NCBI RefSeq assembly: GCF_965229815.1 | Contig: NZ_CBDDJN010000002.1 | Span: 1,741,562-1,805,561, forward strand | DNA length: 64,000 bases | Direction of reading: 5' to 3' | Origin: Reyranella sp. | GTDB taxonomy: Bacteria > Pseudomonadota > Alphaproteobacteria > Reyranellales > Reyranellaceae | Shown here: positions 17,129-27,077 of the stretch, piece after piece | How the letters are laid out: each line of letters opens with the position of its first letter | Numbering within the stretch: the first letter of the stretch is position 1 | The notes under the pieces: model-generated | The model's input: only the letters and a program-made list of their open reading frames with translations | Databases searched by the model: none | What the model was told of the DNA's origin: nothing | Made by a program: the position numbers and the translations under genes

Positions 17129-17253
17129 GCATCCTCCTTTTCTCTCGCTGTCGTACAGCGCGGCCAAGATGGGCGAAACGGTCGGCACTTTCAAACCGCG
17201 AGGGAACGTGGAACGATCCTGATGCGCACGAGCGCAGCGAAAGAGGGCACGAC

Positions 17254-18426
17254 GTGCAGGCACCACGAATCCTGAAGCGCCGCGGACTGCTGCGCGTGTC
17301 GCTCGCCGGCGCCGTCGTCGCAGGCTGTGCTCCGCGCCACGAGGCGGCCGCGCCGCTGGTCCCCGTCCGCGCCGAGATCGACCGCATCATCGACATCTCG
17401 GTCTGCGTGCGTCCGTTCCGTCCCGCCGGGCCGCGCGTCGAGACCGAGCGGCTGGGCGACACGCTGGTCGTGCACAATTACGGGCACGGCGGCAGCGGCT
17501 GGTCGCTGTCCTGGGGCTCGAGCGCGCGGGCGGTGCGGATGGCGATGGAGCCCGGCGCGCGCGAGGTCGCGGTGATCGGCTGCGGCATCCTCGGCCTCAC
17601 CTCGGCGCGCCTCGCGCAGGAGGCGGGTGCGCGCGTGACGATCTACGCCCGCGAGCAGCTGCCGCTCACGACCTCGGCGCGGGCGACCGGCGAATGGACG
17701 CCCGATTCGCGGATCGCGCTCGCCTCGGCGGCCGCGCCCGGCTTCCCTTCGGTGTGGGAGGAGATGGCGCGCACCGCCTTCAGGACGCATCGCGGCTATC
17801 TCGGCCGGCCGGGCCAGCCGGTGGAGTGGGTCGACCAGTATGCGATCACCGACGATCCGCCGCCGCCGCCGCGCCGGCCGGGCCCGCGCCCCGACGGGAT
17901 GCGCGTCGATTTCGCCAACTACGGCAACCTGATCGCCGACCTGACGCCGGAATGGCGGCGTCTGCCGCCCGGCGCCACGCCGTTCGCGAACGCCACGGTC
18001 GCCCGCAGCGCGATCATGATCTTCAACATCCCGGACTACGGCCGCACGCTGATGAGCGACTTCCTCGCCGCCGGCGGCCGGTATCTCCCGGCCGACTTCA
18101 GGACACCGGCCGAGATCGCGGCGCTCGGGCAGAAGGTCGTGATCAACTGCACCGGCTACGGCGCGCGCGACCTGTGGGGCGACACGACGCTGGTCCCCGT
18201 GCGCGGCCAGATCGCGCGCCTGATCCCGCAGCCGGAGGTGCGCTACGGGCTCGTCTACCGCCATGTGCTGACGGTGCCACGCCGCGACGGCATCGTCGTG
18301 CAGTCGTTCGTCGGCGGCGAGGCCGCCGGCTACGGCGATTCCAGCGAGGTGCCGGATCGTGCCCAGACGGAGGAGGCGGTGAGGGTGCTGGCCGGCCTGT
18401 TCTCGCCGTCGCACTGGGTGAGCTGA
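17254..18426 (+). CDS. D-amino-acid oxidase-like FAD oxidoreductase, circularly permuted, with Tat/lipoprotein signal
   Basis: KRRGLL...VAGC signal; RP.RP..PRVE..VVHNYGHGGSG precedes VAVIGCGILGL; INCTGYGA and PVRGQ present. Confidence 0.82.
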   Translation: MQAPRILKRRGLLRVSLAGAVVAGCAPRHEAAAPLVPVRAEIDRIIDISVCVRPFRPAGPRVETERLGDTLVVHNYGHGGSGWSLSWGSSARAVRMAMEPGAREVAVIGCGILGLTSARLAQEAGARVTIYAREQLPLTTSARATGEWTPDSRIALASAAAPGFPSVWEEMARTAFRTHRGYLGRPGQPVEWVDQYAITDDPPPPPRRPGPRPDGMRVDFANYGNLIADLTPEWRRLPPGATPFANATVARSAIMIFNIPDYGRTLMSDFLAAGGRYLPADFRTPAEIAALGQKVVINCTGYGARDLWGDTTLVPVRGQIARLIPQPEVRYGLVYRHVLTVPRRDGIVVQSFVGGEAAGYGDSSEVPDRAQTEEAVRVLAGLFSPSHWVS

Positions 18427-18445
18427 GCCGGCCGGCCGGCGCCCG

Positions 18446-19399
18446 TCACGAGGCCGGCGCGGCCTCGCCGGGCGCGCTCCGCACGACGCAGCGGAAGCCG
18501 ACATGGCTGGTCGTCGTGTCGATCTGCTCGGCGTGGCGGGCCGCCGGCCGGTAGCGCTTGCAGTAGCTCGGTGCGCAGAGATGCGAGCCGCCCTTGAGCA
18601 CCTTGCGCGGGATCTGCAGCCGGTCGCGCCGGTCGTGGCTCTGCTCCATCGGGCCGCCGCGCGGATTCTCCGGCACGCAGCAGGCCTTGCCGGCATCGGC
18701 GGGATGGCGGCTGGAGAACCAGTCTACCGTCCATTCCCAGACATTGCCGATCATGTCGTGGACGCCGTAGCCGTTGGCGGGAAAGGTGCGAACGGGGGAG
18801 GTCCGCGCCCAGCCGTCGGCGCGCGAGTTCTCGTGCGGGAAGGCGCCCTGCCAGGTGTTGGCCATGTGCTTGCCGCCGGGCGTCAGCTCGTCGCCCCAGG
18901 CGAACTCCGCGCCGTCGAGCCCGCCGCGCGCGGCGAACTCCCATTCTGCCTCGGTCGGCAGCGTCTTGCCCGCCCACCGCGCGTAGGCCTCGGCGTCGCG
19001 AAAGGCGATCTGCACCACCGGGTGGTCGTCGAGGCCGCCGATATGGCTGCCCTTGCCGTAGGGCCGCCGCCAGCAGGCGCCGAAGGTGAAGCGCCACCAC
19101 TGGCTCCAGTCCTCGAGCGAGACGGGCTTCGACGGCGGCGTGAACACGAGGCCGCCCGCCTTCAGCATGTTGGGGCGGGCGCCCGGATAGTCCTTGGGAT
19201 CGGGCGGGATCTCGGCCCAGGTCACATGGCCGGTCGCCTCGACGAACCGGCGGAACTGGGCGTTGGTGACGGGCGTGGCGTCGATCCAGAATCCGTCGAC
19301 CGTGACCGAATGGGCCGGCGCCTCCTCGGGATAGTGGTCGTCCGACCCCATGCGGAAAGTGCCGCCGGGGATGCGGATCATGGTCTCGGTGACGCTCAT
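18446..19399 (-). CDS. Formylglycine-generating enzyme family protein (SUMF1)
   Basis: IPGGTFRMGS, HPVVQ, LPTEAEWEFAARGG, DMIGNVWEW and KGGSHLCAPSYC.RYRPAAR (both catalytic Cys present). Confidence 0.92.
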   Translation of the reverse strand: MSVTETMIRIPGGTFRMGSDDHYPEEAPAHSVTVDGFWIDATPVTNAQFRRFVEATGHVTWAEIPPDPKDYPGARPNMLKAGGLVFTPPSKPVSLEDWSQWWRFTFGACWRRPYGKGSHIGGLDDHPVVQIAFRDAEAYARWAGKTLPTEAEWEFAARGGLDGAEFAWGDELTPGGKHMANTWQGAFPHENSRADGWARTSPVRTFPANGYGVHDMIGNVWEWTVDWFSSRHPADAGKACCVPENPRGGPMEQSHDRRDRLQIPRKVLKGGSHLCAPSYCKRYRPAARHAEQIDTTTSHVGFRCVVRSAPGEAAPAS

Positions 19400-19520
19400 G
19401 TCTCGTCCGGACGGGTCCTGGGCTGGCGCCAGCCTAGCCGAGCGGCGCATGCGCTTCCACGGCCGGAGCGATACGGTTTGTGCATCGCGGCATACGCTCC
19501 CGCCGGTGCGGCGGCGGTCC

Positions 19521-20945
19521 TCAGAGGAAGAAGATCACCGTGATCAGCACGAACAGCGGCAGCAGGATGATGCTGGACCAGACCATGTAGCCGAAGAAGC
19601 TCGGCATTCGGATGCCGCTTTCCTCGACCACGGCCTTGACCATGAAGTTGGGCGCGTTGCCGATGTAGGAGTTGGCGCCCATGAACACCGCGCCGCAGGA
19701 GATGGCGGCCAGCGTGCTGGCCAGCGCGGTCATCAGGGTCGGGGCGTCGCCGCCGGCCAGGTTGAAGAACACGAGGTAGGTCGGCGCATTGTCCAGGAAG
19801 CTCGACAGGATGCCGGTCAGCCAGAAGTACCAGATGTCGTTGGGCTGGCCGCCCGAATCGGTCACGAGGGCGACCAGCGGCTCCAGCACGCCCTCGCGGC
19901 CGGCCTTCAGGATGGCGATGGCGGGCGCAATGGTGATGAAGATGCCGGCGAACAGCTTGGCGACCTCGGCCATCGGGGCCCAGCTGAAGCCGTTCTCCGT
20001 GCGCAGGGTGCGCGGCGTGATGGCCAGCGACACGCCGCAGATCGCGATCAGCGCCAGGTCGCGCAGAACGTTCTGAAGCTCGAGCGTCACGTGGTAGACG
20101 TCGAAGTGGATGCCCGGCTTCCAGGTGCCGCTCATCAGCACCGCGCCGACCACGGCGGCCAGCAGGATGATGTTCACGCCGCCCTCGATGCGCACTGGCG
20201 ATTCCGGCGTCGGGTCACGCTTCATGTGCCCTTCCTTGCGGTACCAGTAGCTGTCGAGCAGGAAGAACAGCACCAGCAGGACGATGACGCAGACCAGCAT
20301 CTCCGTGAACAGGTGCGAGGTGGTCCAGAAGAAGTCGACGCCCTTGAGGAAGCCCAGGAACAGCGGCGGATCGCCGAGCGGCGTCAGCGCGCCGCCGATG
20401 TTCGACACCAGGAAGATGAAGAACACGAACACGTGGATCTTGTGCCGCCGGTCGTCGTTGGCGCGGATCACGGTGCGGATCAGCAGCATCGAGGCGCCCG
20501 TCGTGCCCATCCAGCCGGCCAGCACCGTGCCGATGGCCAGCAGGGCGGTGTTCATCGACGGCGAGCCGTGCAGGTTGCCCTTGATGTGGATGCCGCCCGT
20601 CACGGTGAACAGCGCCAGCAGCAGCACGATGAAGGGGATGTAATCGAGCAGCAGCAGATGGATGATCTCGTAGACGGCGGTCGGCACGCCATGCAGCAGC
20701 GCGAAGGGCACGATCACCAGCGCCGCCCACGCCGCCGACACCTTGCCGAAATGGTGATGCCAGAAGCTCGGGGCGGTGAGCGGCATCACGGCGATCGACA
20801 GCAGGATGCCGGCGAAGGGCAGCACCCACAGAAGGTTGAGCTTGCGCCCGTCGATCGCCGGCGCATCGGGCGATGCGGCGAGCGCCGGGACGGAGGTGAC
20901 GAAGAGGACGAGCGCCGCGGCGGCGAGGATCGATCGATATCGCAT
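19521..20945 (-). CDS. Putative Na+/H+ antiporter (ion transporter IT superfamily)
   Basis: Polytopic membrane protein with GWMGTTGASMLL, SNIGGALTPLGDPPLFLG, SSFLDNAPTY and MGANSYIGNAPN. Confidence 0.87.
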   Translation of the reverse strand: MRYRSILAAAALVLFVTSVPALAASPDAPAIDGRKLNLLWVLPFAGILLSIAVMPLTAPSFWHHHFGKVSAAWAALVIVPFALLHGVPTAVYEIIHLLLLDYIPFIVLLLALFTVTGGIHIKGNLHGSPSMNTALLAIGTVLAGWMGTTGASMLLIRTVIRANDDRRHKIHVFVFFIFLVSNIGGALTPLGDPPLFLGFLKGVDFFWTTSHLFTEMLVCVIVLLVLFFLLDSYWYRKEGHMKRDPTPESPVRIEGGVNIILLAAVVGAVLMSGTWKPGIHFDVYHVTLELQNVLRDLALIAICGVSLAITPRTLRTENGFSWAPMAEVAKLFAGIFITIAPAIAILKAGREGVLEPLVALVTDSGGQPNDIWYFWLTGILSSFLDNAPTYLVFFNLAGGDAPTLMTALASTLAAISCGAVFMGANSYIGNAPNFMVKAVVEESGIRMPSFFGYMVWSSIILLPLFVLITVIFFL

Positions 20946-20949
20946 TCTG

Positions 20950-21714
20950 TCAGGCAAGGTACGTGGCCGAGACGCCGCCGTCGACCGTGAGTGTATGGCC
21001 GTTGACGTAGGAGGCCGCCGGCGAGGCGAGGAAAAGCGCGGCGCCGGCGATCTCGTGCGGCTCGGCCCAGCGCTTGGCCGGGCAGCGCAGGCGCTGCCGC
21101 TCGCCGGCCGGGGAGGCCTTGAGCGCGGCATTGGTCTCGGTGGCGAAGAAGCCCGGCGACAGGATGTTCGAGGTCACGCCGCTGCTGCCGAGCTCGGCCG
21201 CCAGCGCGCGGCCGAGCGCCGACAGGCCGCCCTTTGCGGCGGTGTAGGACGAGGCGCCGGGCGTCGCGAGTTCGGCGACGATCGAGCTCACCAGGATCAG
21301 GCGGCCCCAGCCGCGCTCGACCATGGCGGGCACGACGAGCTTGACCAGCGCGTGGGCGGCGACGAGGTCGACGTCGACCAGCCGGGCGAAGGCCTCGGGC
21401 TCGATCTCGGCGAACGGGCGCCGGTCGCGCTCGCCGACATTGTGGACCAGGATGTCGACCGGCCCCGCCAGGCGCATCGCGTCCCGCATGGCGGCCCGAT
21501 CGGCCATGTCGAAGACGGCCGGGTCGGCCGCGAAGCCCGCGTCGCGCAGCGCCGCGAGGCGCGGCTCGAGCCGGTCGAGCGCGCGCCCGTGCAGCAGCAT
21601 GCGGGCGCCAGCCTCGGCCAGCGCGCGGGCGATCTCCCATCCCAGCCCGCGCGCCGACCCGGTCACGAGCGCGGTGCGGCCGTCGAGCCGGAACAGATCG
21701 GGGAAAATCGACAC
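20950..21714 (-). CDS. Short-chain dehydrogenase (gluconate 5-dehydrogenase-like)
   Basis: LDGRTALVTGSARGLG, YTAAK and PGFFATE. GTG start at 21714. Confidence 0.88.
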   Translation of the reverse strand: MSIFPDLFRLDGRTALVTGSARGLGWEIARALAEAGARMLLHGRALDRLEPRLAALRDAGFAADPAVFDMADRAAMRDAMRLAGPVDILVHNVGERDRRPFAEIEPEAFARLVDVDLVAAHALVKLVVPAMVERGWGRLILVSSIVAELATPGASSYTAAKGGLSALGRALAAELGSSGVTSNILSPGFFATETNAALKASPAGERQRLRCPAKRWAEPHEIAGAALFLASPAASYVNGHTLTVDGGVSATYLA

Positions 21715-21765
21715 GGGGCGGGTCCTTCGTTTATTCCTCCTGCCCGAATAGCGTCGCGGGGGGAA

Positions 21766-22458
21766 ATGCTGCAACTGCCCAAGGTCATCGGTCATCGCGG
21801 CGCCGCGGCCTATGCGCCGGAGAACACCCTGGAGTCCTTTCGCGAGGCGAAGCGGCGCGGCGCGACCTGGGTCGAGACCGACGTCAAGCTGACAGCCGAC
21901 GGCGTGCCCATCCTGATGCACGACGAGTCGCTCAAGCGGACCACCGGCCTGGACCGGCTGGTGGCGCAGACCCCGCGCGCCGAGCTGCCGGCGATCGTGC
22001 CGACCTTCGAGGAGGCGATCGCCTGCTGGGCCGGGCTGGGGCTGGGCTGCAACGTCGAGATCAAGCCCTGTCCCGGGCGCGAGGAGGAGACCGCGGTGGC
22101 CGCGGTCGAGACCATCCGGCGCTGCTGGCCGGCCAGCCTGCCCATCCCGCTTCTGTCCAGCTTCAAGGATCCGTCGCTGGCGGCCGCCCATCGCGCCGCG
22201 CCGGAGCTGCCGCGGGCGCTGCTGATCGATGCGCACGGCGACACCTGGGAGGCGCGGGCCCGGGCGGTGGCGGCGGTCGGGATCAACACCAACGGCAAGC
22301 GGCTGACCGCGCCCTGGGCGGTCGACATCAAGCAGGCCGGGTTTCTGCTCAGCGTCTATACGATCGACGATCCGGCGGTCGCCCGCACCCTGGTCGCGAT
22401 GGGCGCCGACTGCGTCATTACCGACGCTCCGGACGTCGTCCTGGCCGCCCTTTCCTGA
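21766..22458 (+). CDS. ugpQ: Glycerophosphodiester phosphodiesterase
   Basis: IGHRGAAAYAPENT, VETDVKL, MHDESLKRTT, NVEIK and ITDAP. Confidence 0.9.
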   Translation: MLQLPKVIGHRGAAAYAPENTLESFREAKRRGATWVETDVKLTADGVPILMHDESLKRTTGLDRLVAQTPRAELPAIVPTFEEAIACWAGLGLGCNVEIKPCPGREEETAVAAVETIRRCWPASLPIPLLSSFKDPSLAAAHRAAPELPRALLIDAHGDTWEARARAVAAVGINTNGKRLTAPWAVDIKQAGFLLSVYTIDDPAVARTLVAMGADCVITDAPDVVLAALS

Positions 22459-22492
22459 GGTTTCGGGGCGCTCTTTACACAGGCGTGGCGGA

Positions 22493-22510
22493 CTGTCATG
22501 AGGCTGTAAC
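22493..22510 (+). promoter_or_regulatory. Pho box (PhoB site) for ugpBAEC
   Basis: CTGTCAT-GAGG-CTGTAAC matches the CTGTCAT-N4-CTGTCAT consensus, about 70 nt upstream of ugpB; ugp operons are established Pho-regulon members. Confidence 0.8.
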
Positions 22511-22577
22511 AAAAGAGACACATCGCAGTCTTGAGGCCCGCCGATACATCGGCAGGGGATTAACCGGGAGGTTTTTC

Positions 22578-23894
22578 ATGACACGGATTCTATTGTCTTC
22601 CGTCGCGGCCGCGGCGGCGCTGGCCAGTGCGCCGGCGGCCTGGGCCCAGACCGAGATCCAGTGGTGGCACGCCATGGGCGGCAACCTGGGCGAAACGGTC
22701 AACCAGCTGGCCGAGGGCTTCAACAAGTCGCAAAGCGAATACAAGGTGGTGCCGGTCTACAAGGGCTCCTACACGGAGACCCTGACGGCCGCGATCGCCG
22801 CCTTCCGCGCCAAGCAGGCGCCGCACATCGTGCAGGTCTTCGAGGTCGGCACGGCCAACATGATGGCCGCCAAGGGCGCCGTCTACCCGGTCTACGAGCT
22901 GATGGCCGATGCCAAGGAGCCGTTCGATCCCAAGGCCTATATCGGCCCGGTCTACGGCTACTACTCGACGACCGACGGCAAGCTCCTGTCGATGCCGTTC
23001 AACTCCTCGACCCCGGTCCTCTACTGGAACAAGGATCTGCTGAAGAAGGCGGGTCTCGATCCGAACAAGCCGCCGCAGACCTGGCCGGAGCTGGGCGAGA
23101 TGGCCAAGAAGGCGATCGACGCCGGCGCCAAGTGCGGGTTCACGCCGCAGTGGCAGACCTGGACGATGATCGAAAACTACGGCGCCTGGCACAACCTGCC
23201 CTACGCGACCAAGGCGAACGGCTTCGGCGGCACCGACATCGAGCTGAAGTTCAACGACCCGGCCCGCGTGAAGTTCATCCAGATGCTGGCGGACTGGAGC
23301 AAGGACAAGCGCTTCGTCTACGGCGGCCGCGAGGGCAAGTCGACGGCCCTGTTCACCGCCGGCGACTGCGTGTTCCACATCGCCTCGTCCGGCAGCGCCG
23401 CCGGCATCGACAAGGCGCTGGGCCAGGAGAATGTCGGCATCGCCATGATGCCCTATTCGCCCGACGTCATCGCCAAGCCGCAGAACTCGATCATCGGCGG
23501 CGCCACGCTGTGGGTACTGAAGGGCAAGCCGGCCGCCGAGTACAAGGGCGTCGCCAAGTTCCTGAGCTACCTGTCGACGACGCCGGTGCAGGCCAAGTGG
23601 CACCAGGAGACCGGCTACGTGCCGATCACCACGGCCGCGGCCGAAGCCACCGAGAAGGCCGGCTTCTACAAGAAGTTCCCGGGCCGCGACATCGCGGTCA
23701 AGGAGCTGACGCTGAACCCGCCGACCGAGAACTCGAAGGGCCTGCGAATCGGCAACTTCGTGCAGATCCGCGACGTGGTCGACGAGGAGCTGGAGTCGGT
23801 GTGGTCCGGCAAGAAGGACGCCAAGACGGCGCTCGACGAAGCGGTCAAGCGCGGCAACGAGCTGCTGCGCAAGTTCGAAGCCGCCAACAAGTAG
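22578..23894 (+). CDS. ugpB: sn-glycerol-3-phosphate ABC transporter substrate-binding protein
   Basis: Signal peptide; EIQWWHAMGG, PHIVQVFEVGTA, PFNSSTP and NSIIGGATLW. Confidence 0.95.
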   Translation: MTRILLSSVAAAAALASAPAAWAQTEIQWWHAMGGNLGETVNQLAEGFNKSQSEYKVVPVYKGSYTETLTAAIAAFRAKQAPHIVQVFEVGTANMMAAKGAVYPVYELMADAKEPFDPKAYIGPVYGYYSTTDGKLLSMPFNSSTPVLYWNKDLLKKAGLDPNKPPQTWPELGEMAKKAIDAGAKCGFTPQWQTWTMIENYGAWHNLPYATKANGFGGTDIELKFNDPARVKFIQMLADWSKDKRFVYGGREGKSTALFTAGDCVFHIASSGSAAGIDKALGQENVGIAMMPYSPDVIAKPQNSIIGGATLWVLKGKPAAEYKGVAKFLSYLSTTPVQAKWHQETGYVPITTAAAEATEKAGFYKKFPGRDIAVKELTLNPPTENSKGLRIGNFVQIRDVVDEELESVWSGKKDAKTALDEAVKRGNELLRKFEAANK

Positions 23895-23935
23895 GCGTGG
23901 TTGTTCGCGATTGCTTCAAGCGCGAGTCACGCCAC

Positions 23936-24043
23936 CTCATGTTCCTCTCCCCCGCGAGGGGGAGAGGCCAGGTGAGGGGGCGCGACGTGCCGTCCCCCCT
24001 GACCCAACCTCTCCCCCCAGAGGGGGAGAGGAGCCTGCATGAG
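23936..24043. repeat. REP/MITE-like palindromic repeat, copy 2 (inverted relative to 4865-4970)
   Basis: Same CTCATG...CATGAG ends and two CTCTCCCCC/GGGGGAGAG hairpins; lies between ugpB and ugpA. Confidence 0.85.
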
Positions 24044-24072
24044 CGGGTGCGCGGCGGGCAAAGCGTCGCCTG

Positions 24073-24954
24073 ATGGAAAAGCGCGTCATCTTCAACGAGC
24101 GCTGGCTGCCGTATCTCCTGGTGGCGCCTCAGCTGATCATCACGCTCGTCTTCTTCTTCTGGCCCTCGGGCCAGGCGGTCTGGCAGTCGCTGCTGCTGGA
24201 GGACGCGTTCGGCGGCAACACCAAGTTCGTCTGGTTCCACAATTTCGAGAATCTTCTCTCGGACCCCCACTACTATGCCTCGGCGCGGCTGACCCTGGTG
24301 TTCAGCGCCCTGGTGGCCTCCATCGGGCTCGCGGTGTCGCTGCTGCTGGCGGTGATGGCCGACCGGGTGATCCGCGGTGCCTCCCTCTACAAGACGATCC
24401 TGGTATGGCCCTATGCCGTGGCGCCGGCCGTGGTCGGCGTGCTGTGGGGCTTCCTGTTCAATCCGTCGGTCGGCGTCGTGGCCTGGGCGCTGAGCGCCGT
24501 CGGCATCGAGTTCAACTACGTGATCAACGGCAACCAGGCCCTGCTGCTGATCGTGGTCGCCGCCGTGTGGAACCAGATCAGCTACAATTTCCTGTTCTTC
24601 CTGGCCGGCCTGCAGTCGATCCCCAAGTCGCTGATCGAGGCTGCCGCCATCGACGGCGCGGGGCCGGGCAAGCGGTTCTGGGACATCGCCTTTCCGCTGC
24701 TGTCGCCGACCGGCTTCTTCCTGCTGGTCATCAACATCATCTACGCCTTCTTCGGGACGTTCGGCATCGTGGGCTCGCTGACACAGGGCGGCCCGGGGCA
24801 GGCGACCAACATCCTGGTCTGGAAGGTCTACAATGACGGTTTCCGCGGCCAGGACCTCGGCGCCTCCTCGGCGCAGTCGGTGATCCTGATGGCCGTCGTC
24901 ATCGCGCTCACCTTCGTGCAGTTCCGCTTCATCGAGCGGCGGGTCCACTACTGA
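24073..24954 (+). CDS. ugpA: G3P ABC transporter permease
   Basis: MEKRV.F...[13 protein letters not shown] loop [10 protein letters not shown] and [10 protein letters not shown]. Confidence 0.94.
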   Translation: MEKRVIFNERWLPYLLVAPQLIITLVFFFWPSGQAVWQSLLLEDAFGGNTKFVWFHNFENLLSDPHYYASARLTLVFSALVASIGLAVSLLLAVMADRVIRGASLYKTILVWPYAVAPAVVGVLWGFLFNPSVGVVAWALSAVGIEFNYVINGNQALLLIVVAAVWNQISYNFLFFLAGLQSIPKSLIEAAAIDGAGPGKRFWDIAFPLLSPTGFFLLVINIIYAFFGTFGIVGSLTQGGPGQATNILVWKVYNDGFRGQDLGASSAQSVILMAVVIALTFVQFRFIERRVHY

Positions 24955-25805
24955 TGGTCGAGAACCGGCCCTTCGTGACCTTCCTCAGCCACCTGGTGCT
25001 GATCGTCGGCCTGATCGTCATCGCTTTCCCGGTGTGGATGACCTTCGTCGCCTCGACCCACGACCAGGACACGATGCTGCGATCGCCCGTGCCGATCTGG
25101 CCCGGCCCGTATCTGCTCGAGAACTACTGGACGGTGCTCGTCGAGGGCTACAAGAGCCGGCCCGGCACGGTGCCGCTCTACGTCACGCTGACCAACAGCA
25201 TGGTCATGGCGCTGGGCGTGGCGATCGGCAAGATCCTGATCTCGATCATCTCCGCCTTCGCGATCGTCTACTTCCGGTTCCCCTTCCGGATGGCCTTCTT
25301 CTGGGCGATCTTCATCACCCTGATGCTGCCGGTCGAGGTGCGCATCGTGCCCACCTATGGCGTCGTGGCGCGCCTCGACATGCTCGATTCCTACTCGGGC
25401 CTGATCATCCCGCTGATCGCCTCGGCGACGGCGACCTTCCTGTTCCGCCAGTTCTTCCTGAGCGTGCCCGACGAGCTCACCGAGGCGGCGCGGGTCGACG
25501 GCGCCTCGCCGATGCGCTTCTTCTGGGACATCCTGCTGCCGATGAGCCGCACCTCGATCGCGGCGCTGTTCGTGATCCAGTTCATCTACGGCTGGAACCA
25601 GTACCTGTGGCCGCTGCTGATCACGACCAAGGAGAGCTTCTATACGGTGGTCATGGGCGTCTCGCGCCAGGCCAACGTCGTTGATGCCGTGCCGAGCTGG
25701 AACCTCCTGATGGCGATGGCGATGCTCGCCATGCTGCCGCCGGTCCTCGTCGTGGTGTTCATGCAGCGCCAGTTCGTGCGCGGCCTCGTCGAGACGGAGA
25801 AGTAG
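24954..25805 (+). CDS. ugpE: G3P ABC transporter permease
   Basis: [26 protein letters not shown] and [13 protein letters not shown]. Confidence 0.94.
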   Translation: MVENRPFVTFLSHLVLIVGLIVIAFPVWMTFVASTHDQDTMLRSPVPIWPGPYLLENYWTVLVEGYKSRPGTVPLYVTLTNSMVMALGVAIGKILISIISAFAIVYFRFPFRMAFFWAIFITLMLPVEVRIVPTYGVVARLDMLDSYSGLIIPLIASATATFLFRQFFLSVPDELTEAARVDGASPMRFFWDILLPMSRTSIAALFVIQFIYGWNQYLWPLLITTKESFYTVVMGVSRQANVVDAVPSWNLLMAMAMLAMLPPVLVVVFMQRQFVRGLVETEK

Positions 25806-25809
25806 GACC

Positions 25810-26895
<1,086 letters not shown>

Positions 26896-27077
26896 CGCGT
26901 CGCGCTTGCCGTTGATGCGACTCATGTGTTCTGGTCTGTCACCCGAGAGCAGTCATCTGCGTTGATCGGCCACCGAGCGACGTCGTCGTTCAGTGGACAA
27001 GTCCGGGGATGCTCTCATCCCTGCGCCATAATGTTGCCGCATGCGCACGCAACCTCGAACGGACCGGGGAGTTACGG

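Noticed and set aside
27040-27075. EcfG/sigmaT-like promoter for the glgE cluster (GCAAC-N16-AGTT)
   Set aside because: Biologically plausible, but it mismatches both halves of GGAAC-N16/17-CGTT; too weak to call.
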